A stretch of DNA of 64,000 nucleotides from positions 969-64,968 of the forward strand of contig CAZTCI010000003.1 in the NCBI GenBank assembly GCA_964612665.1, in the 5' to 3' direction. The number at the start of each line of letters is the position of its first letter. Position 1 is the first letter of the stretch. The position numbers and the translations under genes are program-made. The notes below the pieces were generated by a model. It worked only from the letters and a program-made list of their open reading frames with translations. It was not told the origin of the DNA and did not search any database. Source of the DNA: an uncultured Planctomycetales bacterium. Its GTDB lineage: Bacteria; Omnitrophota; Gorgyraeia; Zapsychrales; JAHFFX01. Below, in pieces: positions 19,090-28,862 of this stretch.

Positions 19090-20550
19090 TTAACTTTTTT
19101 TCGGTGAGAAAAAATTCGTATCAAGATCGCGGGCCGCTTTCACTTCATCCGGCCGCGAAATCGGCATTGTTTTAGGAAAATCTTTAAATGCGTCGGGGTT
19201 TTCTGAGGAAAGTTTATCGGCAGTGATCATTAAATCAATGAATTTATCGAGGGTTTCTTTGGACTCCGTTTCCGTCGGTTCAATCATGATGGCTTCTTTG
19301 ACAACCAAAGGAAAATAAACGGTCGGCGGGTGAACGTTCTGATCGATCAAAAATTTGGCGATATCGATCGCATGGACACCGCGCTCCGCCTGTTTGGCGG
19401 CGGAAAACACGCATTCATGCATACAGCGTCTTTCAAAGGGAAGCTGATAATACGCTTTCAAACGTTCCATAATATAATTTGCATTTAAAACCGCGTGATT
19501 ACTTGTTTCAATCAACCCTTCTTTTCCTAAAAGCAGAAGATACGCATACGCCCGCAACAAAAGCGCGAAATTTCCGTACAACGACGCGATATAACCGATT
19601 GATTCCGGATAATTGTAATCCAACGCAAAAGTTCCGTCGTGGCGTTTAATGACACGGGAAATGGGTAAATATTTGGCGAGCTTTTCTTTAACACCGACAG
19701 GGCCAGCTCCCGGGCCACCGCCGCCGTGAGGTGTGGTTAAAGTCTTGTGCGTATTGATATGCATGACATCAAAACCAATATCACCCGGCCGGCACCGGCC
19801 TAAAATCGCGTTTAAGTTAGCGCCGTCATAATACATAAGCCCGTCGATATCATGGACCATCTTTGTGATCTTATCGATATCAGAGTTAAAAATGCCTAGC
19901 GTGTCCGGACAGGTCAGCATCACACCCGCGACGTCAGGCGTTAATTTATTTTTCAAAACATTTAAATCCCAGACGCCGTTTTTATTTGTTGGAATTGAAA
20001 TAATGTCGTATCCGGCAATCGCCGCTGTTGCTGGATTCGTTCCATGCGCAGAATCCGGAACAATAATAAATTTTTTCTTATTCCCTTTGGCTTTATGATA
20101 GGCGGCGATAATCATAACGCCTGTCAATTCGCCGTGCGCGCCGGCTAAAGGTTGCATCGTGAAATGATCCATGCCGGTAATTTCAGAAAGCCAGCGGTCC
20201 ATTTCATAAAGAACTTGTAGCGCTCCTTGCGTTAAAATACCGCCGGAACGCAACTGCGGCAAAAGCGGATGCAAATTCGCAAACCCAGCCAGCCGCGCAA
20301 TCGCTTCGGTAAACTTCGGATTATATTTCATGGTGCAAGAACCCAGCGGATAAAAATGGGTATCGACGGAAAAATTCAACTGCGAAAGCCGTGTGTAATG
20401 ACGCACGACATCTAATTCACTCACCTCTGGAAGTTCGGAATTTTTCAAGCGCTGATATTCTTTAGGAATGGTTCCTTTGACAGGAACGTCGGATTCCGGA
20501 AAATGCATCCCGCGCCGGCCGCTTACACTTTTCTCAAAAATTAATTCCAT
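19090..20550 (-). CDS. gcvPB: glycine dehydrogenase (decarboxylating) subunit 2
   Basis: PLP-dependent P-protein C-terminal half (MHINTHKTLTTPHGGGGPGAGP). Confidence 0.9.
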   Translation of the reverse strand: MELIFEKSVSGRRGMHFPESDVPVKGTIPKEYQRLKNSELPEVSELDVVRHYTRLSQLNFSVDTHFYPLGSCTMKYNPKFTEAIARLAGFANLHPLLPQLRSGGILTQGALQVLYEMDRWLSEITGMDHFTMQPLAGAHGELTGVMIIAAYHKAKGNKKKFIIVPDSAHGTNPATAAIAGYDIISIPTNKNGVWDLNVLKNKLTPDVAGVMLTCPDTLGIFNSDIDKITKMVHDIDGLMYYDGANLNAILGRCRPGDIGFDVMHINTHKTLTTPHGGGGPGAGPVGVKEKLAKYLPISRVIKRHDGTFALDYNYPESIGYIASLYGNFALLLRAYAYLLLLGKEGLIETSNHAVLNANYIMERLKAYYQLPFERRCMHECVFSAAKQAERGVHAIDIAKFLIDQNVHPPTVYFPLVVKEAIMIEPTETESKETLDKFIDLMITADKLSSENPDAFKDFPKTMPISRPDEVKAARDLDTNFFSPKKS

Positions 20551-21881
20551 AAGACCGTCTCTAAACTTTGGGCGAATTTCACAATTTCTTCTTTGGTTCT
20601 TTTTTCGGTGACCGCGATGATCAGATAATTTTCCATGCCTTTAAAATACCGTCCCGCCGGAAATCCAGCGGCAAATCCTTTTTCAATCATCCCGCCGACA
20701 ACTTCAGCCGCGTCCTTCGGTAAACAAACGGTGAATTCATTAAAGGTCGGCGCACTGCGTTTGACTTCAACACCTTTAATATTCGAAAGTGTCTGACGGG
20801 CGAATTCGGCTTTGTCCAAATTCAGCTGCGCCAATTCTGTTAAACCCTGCCGGCCCAAAAGCGCCATGTAGACCGTTGCTTGCAGCGCGCATAAAGAAAC
20901 ATTGGTGCAAATGTTAGACGTGGCTTTTTCTCGACGGATATGCTGTTCACGGGCTTGGAGTGTATTAACAAACGCGCGCCGGCCTTGGGCGTCGACTGTT
21001 TGACCTACGATACGCCCGGGCATTTTGCGGATAAATTCTTTACGCGTTGCCATAAATCCCAAATACGGCCCGCCGAAATTTAAAGGTAGTCCAAGACTTT
21101 GTCCTTCGCCCGTCACAATATCAACACCCATCTCTCCTGGCGTTTTTAAAATGCCCAGAGAAATCGGATAAACACTTTCAATGATCAATGCGCCTCGGCG
21201 GTGGGCTTCTTCAACCAGATCGCTGTGATCATCAATCGCGCCGAAAAAATTTGGATTTTGAAGAATGATCGCTGCGGTTTTATCATCTAAAAGTTTTTTG
21301 ATTTGCTGACGGTCGGATTGGCCATGCGCGACGGGCGTTTCGGCAAATTCAATATCTAAATTACTCGTATACGTTTTAATAATTGTCCGGTAAATCGGAC
21401 TCACGCTGCCATCCATAATAATTTTCTTACGGTCGGTCAGGCGAATGGCCATCATTAACGCTTCAAAAAGCGCTGTTCCTCCGTCGTATAAAGAAGCGTT
21501 GGCCACGTCCATCCCCGTTAAGGTGCAGACACTGCTTTGAAATTCATAAAGAGCTTGCAGTGTTCCTTGAGAACATTCGGGCTGGTAAGGTGTGTAGGCG
21601 GTATAAAATTCGCCGCGGGAGATAAGGCTGTTAACGGCGGCGGGAATATAATGATCGTAGTAACCTCCGCCGACGAATAAGGTGAGATGATGGGCATTTT
21701 TGCCCGCGAGGCGGGTTAAATGTTCTGTAACTTCTAATTCGGATTTACCTTTGGGGAGATTAAAAGATTGCGGCCGGTGATGTGGTTTGATATCACTGAA
21801 AAGATCGTCAAGCGACTTAATGCCAATTGTCTGAAGCATCACCTGGACTTCATCCGGTGTGTTCGCGATATAAGGGTTCAA
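20541..21881 (-). CDS. gcvPA: glycine dehydrogenase (decarboxylating) subunit 1
   Basis: P-protein N-terminal half. 10-nt overlap with gcvPB. Confidence 0.9.
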   Translation of the reverse strand: MNPYIANTPDEVQVMLQTIGIKSLDDLFSDIKPHHRPQSFNLPKGKSELEVTEHLTRLAGKNAHHLTLFVGGGYYDHYIPAAVNSLISRGEFYTAYTPYQPECSQGTLQALYEFQSSVCTLTGMDVANASLYDGGTALFEALMMAIRLTDRKKIIMDGSVSPIYRTIIKTYTSNLDIEFAETPVAHGQSDRQQIKKLLDDKTAAIILQNPNFFGAIDDHSDLVEEAHRRGALIIESVYPISLGILKTPGEMGVDIVTGEGQSLGLPLNFGGPYLGFMATRKEFIRKMPGRIVGQTVDAQGRRAFVNTLQAREQHIRREKATSNICTNVSLCALQATVYMALLGRQGLTELAQLNLDKAEFARQTLSNIKGVEVKRSAPTFNEFTVCLPKDAAEVVGGMIEKGFAAGFPAGRYFKGMENYLIIAVTEKRTKEEIVKFAQSLETVLWN

Positions 21882-22267
21882 CCGTCGAGTCCTTCCAAAA
21901 ACTTGTTGTATTCCTCAGCTGTCATAAGATTGCCACGCTCATCCAAATCGCTTAACTCGATTTTGGCGATCCAGCCTTTTTGATAACAAGATCGGTTGAC
22001 CAGTCCAGGATCTTCTTCGAGGTCTTCATTAACTTCGACGACGCGGCCCGACATCGGGGCAAAGATATCACTGGCAGCTTTGACTGATTCAACGGAAGCG
22101 AACTGTTCGAACTGTTCGACTTCGCCATCCACTTCGGGCAGTTCGACGAACGTGATATCGCCTAACGCGGATTGAGCATATTCGGTGATACCGATTGTTG
22201 CTGTTTTGTCGTCGATATTGATCCATTCATGTTCCTTCGTGTAAAAATAATGCTCAATGACCTCCAT
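21878..22267 (-). CDS. gcvH: glycine cleavage system H protein
   Basis: Lipoyl-attachment motif ESVKAASD, ~129 aa. Confidence 0.9.
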   Translation of the reverse strand: MEVIEHYFYTKEHEWINIDDKTATIGITEYAQSALGDITFVELPEVDGEVEQFEQFASVESVKAASDIFAPMSGRVVEVNEDLEEDPGLVNRSCYQKGWIAKIELSDLDERGNLMTAEEYNKFLEGLDG

Positions 22268-22276
22268 TTCCGCTCC

Positions 22277-23377
22277 TTAATTTTTGAGTGATCCGGTTTT
22301 ATAGAAAGGTTTTTGTGTGATCTGTGCTTCAATTTTAATTTTGTCATCGCCGACAATAATCTTCTCACCTTTTTGCCCGTAAGGTCCGGCAATAAAACCC
22401 AAACCTATGCCGCGGGTAACGCTCGGTGAAAAACTGCCGCTGGTGACGACACCGATTTCTTCAAGCGACGGCGTGTAAATACGGTGATGACTGCGGGCGG
22501 TCCGTCGGCTTTCGGCCATAAAAGCAACGAGCCGACGGACCGCCCCTCGTTTTTTCTGCTCAACAATCGCTTCTTTTCCAATAAACTCTTTATCCAAATC
22601 CACAAATTTACTTAACCCCGCTTCCAGCGGCGAAATCGTTTCCTCCAATTCATGCCCGTACAAACTGTATCCCATTTCCAACCGCAAAACATCACGCGCG
22701 CCTAATCCCGCGGGTTTTATTTTAGGATGGTTTAAAATTTTTTGCCAGAGTTGCAACATTTTGTTCCAAGGAAAATAAATTTCAAACCCAAGCTCACCGG
22801 TATAACCAGTCCGGCTCACAATCACCCGCTCACCGAGCACTTGAAAGTAATCAAAGTTGTAATAAGTTAATTTTTCTAAATTAGGAATGATCGGTTTCAA
22901 TAATTCTAAAGAAAGCGGGCCTTGGATATCAAGCTTGCCGGTTTTATCTGAAATATTTTCAAATAAAGCGGACTTATTTAAATGCGTGCGGAAATGTTCA
23001 GCATCTTTTTCCATCGTCCCGGCGTTAACAACGATCATCCATTCCTCTTGAGCGATCCGATAAACGATGAGATCATCAATGACCCCGCCTTTAGGATTCA
23101 AAGCCATGCCATAGCGGCAGCTTTTAATCGGCATATCACTGATCGCGGATGAAACGATCGCATCTAAACCGCTTGTCTTGCAATCGCCTTTAATCAAAAA
23201 TTCACCCATGTGTGACGTATCAAAAACAGTAACAGCCCGACGGGTCGCGTCATGTTCGGCGAGAATTCCTTCATACTGCAACGGCATTAACCAACCGCCG
23301 AAAGGAACCATCTTGGCATTAAGACGGAGGTGTTCTTGGTGGAGAGGGGTTTGTTTCAAAGTGTCTTGGAGGATCAT
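22277..23377 (-). CDS. gcvT: aminomethyltransferase (glycine cleavage T protein)
   Basis: GcvT family, 366 aa, upstream of gcvH. Confidence 0.9.
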   Translation of the reverse strand: MILQDTLKQTPLHQEHLRLNAKMVPFGGWLMPLQYEGILAEHDATRRAVTVFDTSHMGEFLIKGDCKTSGLDAIVSSAISDMPIKSCRYGMALNPKGGVIDDLIVYRIAQEEWMIVVNAGTMEKDAEHFRTHLNKSALFENISDKTGKLDIQGPLSLELLKPIIPNLEKLTYYNFDYFQVLGERVIVSRTGYTGELGFEIYFPWNKMLQLWQKILNHPKIKPAGLGARDVLRLEMGYSLYGHELEETISPLEAGLSKFVDLDKEFIGKEAIVEQKKRGAVRRLVAFMAESRRTARSHHRIYTPSLEEIGVVTSGSFSPSVTRGIGLGFIAGPYGQKGEKIIVGDDKIKIEAQITQKPFYKTGSLKN

Positions 23378-23591
23378 TATCTATATTTAAACTTCAATTG
23401 CTGTCGCAATAAATTTAAAAAAACTTTTAAGATGTTCCAATAATATAGAAATGAATTAATTCTGTAAAGAAGATTTAGTTGAAAATTTTTGCTTCGAAGA
23501 AATCGTTATGGCAAAAGCTAACTCTAAGTGTAGTATAACCTGAACCTGTTTCTGCGAAGCTCCAACATGAAAATATTGGAGCGAAGCAGAA

Positions 23592-23665
23592 CGCGCCAGG
23601 AGGGACTTGAACCCCCAACACCTAGCTCCGAAGGCTAGTGCTCTATCCAATTGAGCTACTGGCGC
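23592..23665 (-). tRNA. tRNA-Arg (anticodon TCG)
   Basis: Minus-strand sequence GCGCCAGTAGCTCAATTGGATAGAGCACTAGCCTTCGGAGCTAGGTGTTGGGGGTTCAAGTCCCTCCTGGCGCG folds as a cloverleaf. Anticodon loop is CTTCGGA. CCA is not encoded. Confidence 0.8.
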
Positions 23666-23792
23666 AAATTACTCCAAAATTTTCATTCAAAAAAAATCCG
23701 CGGCTATTATAACAACCGAACTTAAAATAGCAAGGAAGCTCTTGCGTATTCTACAAAATGCCATACAATGTTCAGCCAAAGGAGGATTGCAT

Positions 23793-24143
23793 ATGGGAAT
23801 GAATGATTTCATGGCTAAGGTTCGCTACTGGGACAACATCGCGGCTAAATGGATGATGCGGCATTTTTATATTTTTTTCTTTGAAGTCATTTTGGTTGTC
23901 ATTTTCTTTGGACTCTTTATTAATATTTTGAAAGTTATTGATATTAACCACGATATCAATCCTTCCTCAACCATTGAACGCCTTCTTTTAAACCAATCCT
24001 ACAGCATTTTAATCATTGTCTTTTTGATGCTTTTAAATTCATTTTGGATGCTGTTTATGTTCAATAGCATCATGCGATTCCGTACATTGCTTAAAGAAAT
24101 CAATTTCAATTTAAGCAAACGCAAAAACCATCCTTCTTCATAA
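23793..24143 (+). CDS. hypothetical small membrane protein (2-3 TM); one of only two plus-strand genes in the window
   Basis: Strong SD AAAGGAGG lies 7 nt upstream of ATG 23793 (MGMNDFMAKV...). Hydrophobic helices. The track start at 23742 lacks an RBS. Confidence 0.55.
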   Translation: MGMNDFMAKVRYWDNIAAKWMMRHFYIFFFEVILVVIFFGLFINILKVIDINHDINPSSTIERLLLNQSYSILIIVFLMLLNSFWMLFMFNSIMRFRTLLKEINFNLSKRKNHPSS

Positions 24144-24250
24144 GCTCAAAATCCCAATCAGCTCGACTATAAAAGAACGCTTAACGATTCGAGCTACGCA
24201 ATCATTCCAAAAACCGCAATTTTAAACTTTTCTTAACACTAAGTCGAATT

Positions 24251-25486
24251 TTAAAAATATTCTTGATAGATTTCTTTAAGTTTGTTCGAAACATCGGCAA
24301 GCCAATGCGTGGTGGGTTGAGTTGGAACAGAATAAGGGATAATTTTGGTTAGTCCTAATTGGGCGAGACCAATTGAACCAGAAAATAACGCCGCGTTATT
24401 TAACCGTGTAGTTACGAGCTGATTTTTGCCCATAATAACCGTCAGTGAAACACTTTTTTCAATACGTTCCAAAAGACCTGGCAAAAGCGAACCACCGCCG
24501 ACAATTGTAACACCGCCGGTCAGTTGAGTATAAAATGGTCCTTTGATAGCGTTTTCAATTCTAGCGACGAGTTTACTGATCTCAGGTTCGATCGCTTCAT
24601 AAATAACTTCTCGCTTGATAGGCAGATAACCAGAATCTTTTTTAACTAAAATTTCTTCGTCTTTCTCTCCTTCGACATCGATCGCCGCACCATAAGAACG
24701 CTTAATATCCTCGGCCAAATCAAAAGGTAAATTAAGATGCTGCGCAATGCTGCGCGTGATGTGATGCCCGCCTAAAGGAATTTTCTCATGAAAACGCAAA
24801 AGCGCGTCTTTAAAAATCAAAATATGCGTCACGTCACAGCCAATGTCGATGAGTGCGCATCCGTCGATTTTCATAGCATCGGTCAATGTGGCGGTGGCAG
24901 CGGCAAAAGTTGAAAACAAAGTTTGCGAGACCTCAAAGCCTGCCTGATTAACCGCTTTAATAATTGGGTTAAGGACCATCGTGTTGGCGAGCAGTAAAAG
25001 CAGATCAGCCTCCAATTTTCGGCCATAGGTGCCTGTAGGATTTAAAGTGATATTGGCTTCATCGACTTTGTAATGCTGCGGAATGTCGTGCAGGATTTCT
25101 TCGTCGGGTTTAATCCCTAAAGAAGCGGCTTGTTGATTGACGGCTTTTAGATCATGCGGTGTAATCACCTTATTGCCGCGCTCCAACAACGGAATAATAG
25201 CGTTAGTGCGGCGGCTTTCAATAAGATCTCCGCCAATCCCTAACTGGACTTCCTTAATTTTAAAACCTGTGTTCTGCACCAGTCCATTGATCGCAACCGC
25301 AACGGATTCGGCGACATCCCCGGCGTCATTGACACTTGTATTTTTAAAACCTTTAAGCGGCGTTTCAAAAACGCCCAAGAGTTCAAGCTCATCATTTTTT
25401 TTAACCCGAAGCAAACTTGTTTTAATTTTCTGCGACCCAAAGTCCAGCCCGCAAAAAATCTTCTCCCCTATCATCCTCCTCAACAT
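24251..25486 (-). CDS. ftsA: cell division protein FtsA
   Basis: Actin-like ATPase (GLDFGS... phosphate loops), 411 aa. The true start may be MIGEK at 25474. Confidence 0.85.
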   Translation of the reverse strand: MLRRMIGEKIFCGLDFGSQKIKTSLLRVKKNDELELLGVFETPLKGFKNTSVNDAGDVAESVAVAINGLVQNTGFKIKEVQLGIGGDLIESRRTNAIIPLLERGNKVITPHDLKAVNQQAASLGIKPDEEILHDIPQHYKVDEANITLNPTGTYGRKLEADLLLLLANTMVLNPIIKAVNQAGFEVSQTLFSTFAAATATLTDAMKIDGCALIDIGCDVTHILIFKDALLRFHEKIPLGGHHITRSIAQHLNLPFDLAEDIKRSYGAAIDVEGEKDEEILVKKDSGYLPIKREVIYEAIEPEISKLVARIENAIKGPFYTQLTGGVTIVGGGSLLPGLLERIEKSVSLTVIMGKNQLVTTRLNNAALFSGSIGLAQLGLTKIIPYSVPTQPTTHWLADVSNKLKEIYQEYF

Positions 25487-25513
25487 ACCTTACGCCCCAT
25501 CTATTGCAATGCC

Positions 25514-26278
25514 TTAGCTATTTTGTTTTTTACTAATGATTGGTTCTTTAAATCGAAGATCCAGATAACTCACTTCATCCATTTTCAATTTCGCCTGCGC
25601 CAGCATAAAACTAAGCATGCGCATCTGTTCATCGATATTACTTTGATCCACAATCACACGGAAACTATCAGTCATATAAAATTCAATCTGAGAAAGATTC
25701 GTAATATCCATTTTAATAATACGGTAAGGCGCCAGATATTTATTGGCTTCAAAATTTTTAATGATCTTTAATGCAATTTGGACATCCTGGCTCTTAACCG
25801 ACGAGCCCAAAGCGAACGGCAAATTGTCCGCCAATCCGCCAACGATAGGCAGTGGCTCTTTAACGTTAATGGGTGTAAATGAAATCGCAACCCCATCGCT
25901 GTCGACAACAACATCTTTGCTTTTGGTTCTTAATTCCGCCAAAGGCTGGCGCCGGCGGGCCAGGACAAAAATCTGGTCTGGAAAGCGCCGCACGAGACGG
26001 ATTTGAGAAATCTCTGGATATTGTTCTTGCAGATATTGCTCAAAGGCCTTGAGATTGACGGTAAAAATACTTTTACCCTTAAGCATATTCAAACGCGATG
26101 AACGCATAAAACTGATCGCTGGGTCGTATGAAATTTCTTTGATTTTAAAGCGGGGCGAATTTCGAATGCCTTGCGCAATTCCCAAACATATCAGCCAGAC
26201 TAAACAAAAAACCAAACAGCCGACTAAAATATCCCGCGCGATTGAAAAGACCGCTGAATTTTTATTCTTTTTGCCCAT
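25514..26278 (-). CDS. ftsQ: cell division protein FtsQ/DivIB
   Basis: N-terminal TM, POTRA and beta domains. Sits between ddl and ftsA. Confidence 0.8.
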   Translation of the reverse strand: MGKKNKNSAVFSIARDILVGCLVFCLVWLICLGIAQGIRNSPRFKIKEISYDPAISFMRSSRLNMLKGKSIFTVNLKAFEQYLQEQYPEISQIRLVRRFPDQIFVLARRRQPLAELRTKSKDVVVDSDGVAISFTPINVKEPLPIVGGLADNLPFALGSSVKSQDVQIALKIIKNFEANKYLAPYRIIKMDITNLSQIEFYMTDSFRVIVDQSNIDEQMRMLSFMLAQAKLKMDEVSYLDLRFKEPIISKKQNS

Positions 26279-27263
26279 AAGCTAACCGGATCATTTGTAA
26301 ACATAATTGCGTAAAATCAATGCCGACGGCCTGAGCGGCTTTCGGCAAAAGACTGGTTGCAGTAAAACCTGGAATGGTGTTTACTTCAAGAACATATGGT
26401 TTGGTTTCATCTTCAAGCATCATATCAATCCGCGAAAAATGCCGGCATCCCAGCGCTTGGTGGGCTTGAAGACCAATTGTCTGCATGTTTTGGGCGACCG
26501 CCGCCGCGATTTGCGCCGGCACAATATATTTGGTCATGCCCAACGTGTATTTAGCACTAAAATCAAAAACTTGGTTCTTGGGAACAACTTCAACGATCGG
26601 CAAGGCCTTTCCATCAAAAATCCCGACCGTAAACTCTCTTCCCTTAATATACCGCTCAATCAAAACTTCTTTACCATAACGAAAAGCATTCTGCAGAGCA
26701 AGCGCTAAATTCTCTTTTTCAAACACAACCGTGACGCCGATACTCGATCCTTCGCAAGCCGGCTTAACAACCACAGGCAATTTAAGTTTTTCTAAAATCT
26801 GATTAGGGCCAATCTCATCAGTATTGCGCAGAATAAGATTCTCGGCGATAGGAATTCCCTTTTGTTTTAAAATCGCCTGGGTTGTAATTTTATTAATCGC
26901 AAGCTGGCTCGCTTTAACGCCTGAACCGGAATAAGGGATCGACAGATTTTCTAAAATAGTTTGGATTGTCCCGTCCTCGCCTAAACATCCATGCAATGCG
27001 ATAAAAGCGACATCGATCTTTGCTTCTTTGATTAAATTAGCAATCTCATTTTCTCGTCGGCACGTAATATCAATGGGATGAACATCACAGCCGGCTTCTT
27101 TCAAAGCTTTGATAATCGCGTTGCCTGACTTAAGTGAAATTTCTCTTTCGGAAGAATATCCACCCATCAAAACGCCGATGCGGCCGAGCTGAGCGGCTGA
27201 GATTTTCTTCTTTCCGACGGAGATTGTTGTTACCTTCTCTTCTAATTTCGATGTCTGGGGCAT
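26262..27263 (-). CDS. ddl: D-alanine--D-alanine ligase
   Basis: ATP-grasp Ddl motifs (GEDGTIQ, EVNTIPG). Confidence 0.9.
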   Translation of the reverse strand: MPQTSKLEEKVTTISVGKKKISAAQLGRIGVLMGGYSSEREISLKSGNAIIKALKEAGCDVHPIDITCRRENEIANLIKEAKIDVAFIALHGCLGEDGTIQTILENLSIPYSGSGVKASQLAINKITTQAILKQKGIPIAENLILRNTDEIGPNQILEKLKLPVVVKPACEGSSIGVTVVFEKENLALALQNAFRYGKEVLIERYIKGREFTVGIFDGKALPIVEVVPKNQVFDFSAKYTLGMTKYIVPAQIAAAVAQNMQTIGLQAHQALGCRHFSRIDMMLEDETKPYVLEVNTIPGFTATSLLPKAAQAVGIDFTQLCLQMIRLAYGQKE

Positions 27264-27270
27264 GGTTGTT

Positions 27271-27418
27271 TAGAATTTATCTAGAAGTCATCTCATAAAT
27301 GGTATTGAGCGGGCAACGGGTGGCACGGCGAGCCGATTGGGGGAGGATCCACGCCGGGCGGAGGGGCCACAAGCGGTTTGCCGTGACAGGACCCGCTGCT
27401 TCGACTATTTATAAGATA
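27271..27418 (+). repeat. GC-rich structured MITE-like element, copy 1 (~148 nt)
   Basis: ~90% identical to 58217..58364. Short terminal inverted repeats (CTAGAA..TTCTAG; ATAAAT..ATTTAT). Internal long-range pairing GCGGG..GCACGGC / GCCGTG..CCCGC. ~65% GC against a ~43% GC background. Confidence 0.7.
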
Positions 27419-27434
27419 TATTCTACCTTTCCGT

Positions 27435-28862
27435 TTATGGCTGATGCGCGATTAATGTTTTTGTCATAACCGAATCTGTTAAATGCTGTGCAAATTTTTG
27501 GCCGATTGTAGTAATGTCACCGGCGCCTAAAAAGACAACCATGTCGCCGGGCCGCGCCATTTTTGTTAAATGCTTTAAAATTTCTTCCTTTTTTAAATAA
27601 ACAACCGGCCTGGTTGTTATTTTCTTCAGCTGATCATAAAGGACTTCACTGTTCACTCCTTTAATCGGCCGTTCACTCGCCGCGTAAATATCGGTCAGAA
27701 TTAAATAATCACTTAAACTTAGACTTTGTACAAATTCATCCATTAAAAGTTTCGTCCGCGAATAACGGTGCGGCTGAAAAACCGTGACGAGCCGGCTTTT
27801 TTTAAACAACCTCGCCGCTTTTAACGTGGCGGTAATCTCCGTCGGGTGATGACCGTAATCATCAATCACCGTAATGCCGTTGGCCTCGGCCTTCAGCTGG
27901 AACCGCCGTTCGACACCGTTAAATTTAAGCAGACTCTCAGCGATGACGCCAAAATCAATCTTAAAATTTAATCCCACGGCTATGCACGCTAAGGCGTTTA
28001 ACATGTTGTGTTCACCGGGCACATTAAGTTCAATTGTCCCTAACGTCTTGCCGTTGACCACACACTCAAAAGCCGAACGGTATCCGTTAAAGACCGGGTT
28101 CTTCGCGTAGATATCAAACTTCTCATCGCGGCCGTACGTCATGAAATTAATTTTTGTTTCCTGAAGTAATTTCGCCAGCCGCTCATCTTCACCAAAAGCA
28201 ATCACGCATCCGTCGGGCTGTGTCTGGCGGATAAACCTGCCGTAGGCTTCCATAATATTGTGCCAGGTATGATAATAATCGACGTGTTCAAAATCAATAT
28301 TAGTAATGACGGAATAATACGGTTTAAAAAATAAAAATGAGCCGTCGCTTTCATCAACTTCCGTTACAAAAAATTTGCCGGAACCTAGATTGGCGTGATA
28401 ATTATCATTCCTAATGATTCCGCCGACCATGATCGTCGGATCAAATCCGGCTTTAAGCAGGCAATGGCCGATCATCGAGGTCGTCGTAGTTTTGCCGTGG
28501 GCGCCGGCGATTGTGACGCTGATTTGTTCATTGACTAATTCAGCTAAAAGTTCGGCGCGTTTTTTGACGGGAATTTTCTGGGCCTTGGCCGCACGCTTTT
28601 CCGGATTGTCTTTTTTGACCGCCGAGGAATAGATAACAAAATCCGGATTGTCGATATGGGCGGCGTCGTGACCGATATGAATGTCCGCGCCTTTTTCACG
28701 CAGCTGGCGGCAAAAGGCACTTTCTTTAAGGTCTGAACCGCTCACCTTATGTCCCTTGGCCAGCATGATCATAGCGAGCGTGCCCATACCCACGCCGCCG
28801 ACACCAATGAAATGATAATGATGCTGTTGTTGATTCATTGTGATGACAGGTAATTGACCCAC
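27435..28862 (-). CDS. murC: UDP-N-acetylmuramate--L-alanine ligase
   Basis: Mur ligase domains (GVGGVGM, GTNGKTTT-like). The start may be the internal MNQQQ at 28838. Confidence 0.9.
   Translation of the reverse strand: MGQLPVITMNQQQHHYHFIGVGGVGMGTLAMIMLAKGHKVSGSDLKESAFCRQLREKGADIHIGHDAAHIDNPDFVIYSSAVKKDNPEKRAAKAQKIPVKKRAELLAELVNEQISVTIAGAHGKTTTTSMIGHCLLKAGFDPTIMVGGIIRNDNYHANLGSGKFFVTEVDESDGSFLFFKPYYSVITNIDFEHVDYYHTWHNIMEAYGRFIRQTQPDGCVIAFGEDERLAKLLQETKINFMTYGRDEKFDIYAKNPVFNGYRSAFECVVNGKTLGTIELNVPGEHNMLNALACIAVGLNFKIDFGVIAESLLKFNGVERRFQLKAEANGITVIDDYGHHPTEITATLKAARLFKKSRLVTVFQPHRYSRTKLLMDEFVQSLSLSDYLILTDIYAASERPIKGVNSEVLYDQLKKITTRPVVYLKKEEILKHLTKMARPGDMVVFLGAGDITTIGQKFAQHLTDSVMTKTLIAHQP

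Noticed and set aside
23456-23650. 64-aa minus-strand ORF overlapping tRNA-Arg
   Set aside because: It is translated across a tRNA gene and its downstream hairpin, so it is spurious.
27271-27418. The GC-rich repeated element as a known riboswitch or housekeeping ncRNA (RNase P, SRP, 6S, tmRNA)
   Set aside because: No match to the consensus cores I know for these families. It is present in multiple copies including one inside a CDS, which fits a mobile palindromic element better.
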